Shown: positions 62,200 to 64,000 of the stretch, in pieces
Layout: every line of letters starts with the position of its first letter
How positions within the stretch are numbered: position 1 is the first letter of the stretch
NCBI GenBank assembly: GCA_013265495.1
Contig: MU058836.1
Location: 124,001 to 188,000, forward strand
Direction of reading: 5' to 3'
Origin: Vicugna vicugna
Lineage: Eukaryota
Length of the DNA: 64,000 nucleotides
Position numbers and translations under genes: made by a program
The notes under the pieces: model-generated
Told to the model about the DNA's origin: nothing
The model's database searches: none
Seen by the model: the letters and a program-made list of their open reading frames with translations, nothing else

Positions 62200-62800
62200 T
62201 AATTCATTAATTAGCAGACACTCATTGGGAACCTATGAGGTGCCAGATCCGGTGAATGGGATGGGAATGTTCACCAATTAATAAGACATGATCCGGCTAT
62301 GATTTTACGGTCTAGTGGGGATGGGATGTAGGGAGATTGATACATAAAAATATAATTTCAAGGCACTGGGATAAATAGCATATTAGAGGAAAGAATGCAA
62401 TGCTGGGGTAGCAAGAAGGAAGGATAATTAATTTTTCTGGTGGAGAATAAACAGCCTTTGCATAAAAGGTGAAACGATTTTCTTTAAAAAAAAAAAAAAG
62501 AGTGAGGGGGGTAGAAATAAAGAGCATTCCAAGAGAGAGCATAGAGAAAATGACATCGACAAGACATGGAGGTGTGAAAGAGGATGATACATGTGGGAAA
62601 TCACAAGCAGATTTCTAGGGGCCTCACAGGGTACAGGGATTGGGATGGGGTACGAAATAGCAGGAAACGAGGCCAGAGCGTGAGGAGGGCTTAAATACAA
62701 GGCCACTGGGCATGTAGACATTGTCCCAAAGTCCTAGGGAGGCATCACTGACACATTCTCTCAAGTTGAGAAATCTGGTCTTTTATTTCTACAAACTCAT
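62200..62800 (-). mobile_element. L2 fragment
   Basis: aattcattaattagcagacactcattgggaacctatgaggtgccag (antisense L2 3' end). Confidence 0.65.
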
Positions 62801-63124
62801 TCAAACTGGGTGAAGAATAAATACGGCCCTTTTAAAACATCTTTCTGAAAGAATACATTGAAGGCAATGTAAAATCACACATGGTGTATACGTGCATTTT
62901 TCGTATACATCTCTCTACATCCACATATGGATACACATGACGCAGTGGTGCCTGTAATACACATGTGTATGTGCTTTAGATACATACCTATCCTCTCTTT
63001 ACCTTCTACCATAGGCTTGACAAAGCTCTCCTGTGACCTTTTAAATAGTCATCGAGTTCAACCACGATGAATTAATGGGTATCATTTTTACCGTTCCACT
63101 GTAAACAATGCTAAAATAGGACTA

Positions 63125-63420
63125 ATATTTGAAGCAACTGTTTTCAGGCATTGCACAGCAAAGAGTACAGAGCTCCGATCTTGAGAGCAGGAAAATACAT
63201 AAGGTGAACTCCCCATTCATCCTAGGTTTTCTGCATGGAAGTATTTTTTTAAACTTCTGCCCACAGAAGTGGGGCCAAGCGGAAAGCATCAGTCTCCCTA
63301 GGCAACGGGAAACAGAGAATTCAGGGATGTTATGGCAGCTAGAATTTGCAAGGCAAGGTTCTAAAAAAACAAGGGAACTGTGCAGAGAAGGACCTCTGGA
63401 AATTTTCACTGAGTCTTATG
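63125..63420 (+). mobile_element. Ancient L1M 5' UTR fragment
   Basis: gcaactgttttcaggcattg...ctgtgcagagaaggacctctggaaattt resembles old L1M 5' ends. Confidence 0.55.
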
Positions 63421-64000
63421 TCTTCTGTGAAATGGGACAAGAAAAAAAAATTTAATAGGTATTAATAAAAATTCTGTAGATAAATTCAAATGGAGTTGTA
63501 AAAAAAAAAAAAAGGTACAAATGATTTGTCCCATGCTTCCTCCTATTAAGTGACTTTTCAAATTCAACTTTCTCAAATGCCTCTTGCCAGAGCTGGATAG
63601 TCCCTTTTCTTAATACCTCAAAGCACTTTTTTATACCCTTTCCTCCCAGCCCAAGAATGCTGCATTGTGGTTATTCATGCAAATGTTCGTGTTCCACGCT
63701 ATCTGTGGGCTCCTTCAACTCTGTACTCCCTAGAGCTCAGTGGTTAGAACAAATGAATGATGGATAAATGGATGGAGCGAAGGATGAAAAAAATTTCTGC
63801 CCACTCTTGCTAAAATGGTCAGAACCCTAAAGAGAAAAAAAAAAAAAAAAAAATACAAGAAAGGCAGATCTACATTCCTCTCCAAAAGAGGGAGCAATAG
63901 AGTTGTCACCTGGATAGTGCTCAGTATTGGCAAACACAGGAAGTTCAGATTATGGCCAGATGAATCCTTAGCTTGCTGGATGTATTTTTCTTTAAAGAAT

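Overview
Mammalian, repeat-rich, apparently non-coding genomic DNA, most likely a camelid (alpaca, llama or camel). The assignment rests on two tRNA-Ala-derived SINEs of the camelid vic-1 type, young L1 3' ends of cetartiodactyl type, and no recognisable Alu, B1/B2, Bov-tA/BovB, PRE-1 or SINEC. I recognise no host protein-coding exon; the only recognisable coding remnants are L1 ORF2 fragments. The window is mostly ancient MIR, L2, L1M, hAT-Charlie and MaLR copies, several younger L1 insertions with target-site duplications (TSDs), a rearranged ERV1-like locus and a few repeat-poor enhancer-like blocks. The most notable observations are: (1) a ~360-bp 'mini-L1' with the L1 5' promoter end fused directly to the L1 3' end; (2) an ERV locus with inverted internal sequence between two co-oriented LTR copies; (3) an exact 46-bp non-tandem duplication 2.85 kb apart; (4) a twin-primed L1 with a duplicated junction that forms a hairpin; (5) an 11:1 L1 strand bias plus two well-formed minus-strand candidate exons, suggesting the window lies inside a minus-strand transcription unit. 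I found no convincing novel multi-gene system. Repeat family names come from recalled consensus features rather than a database search, and boundaries of old repeats are approximate.
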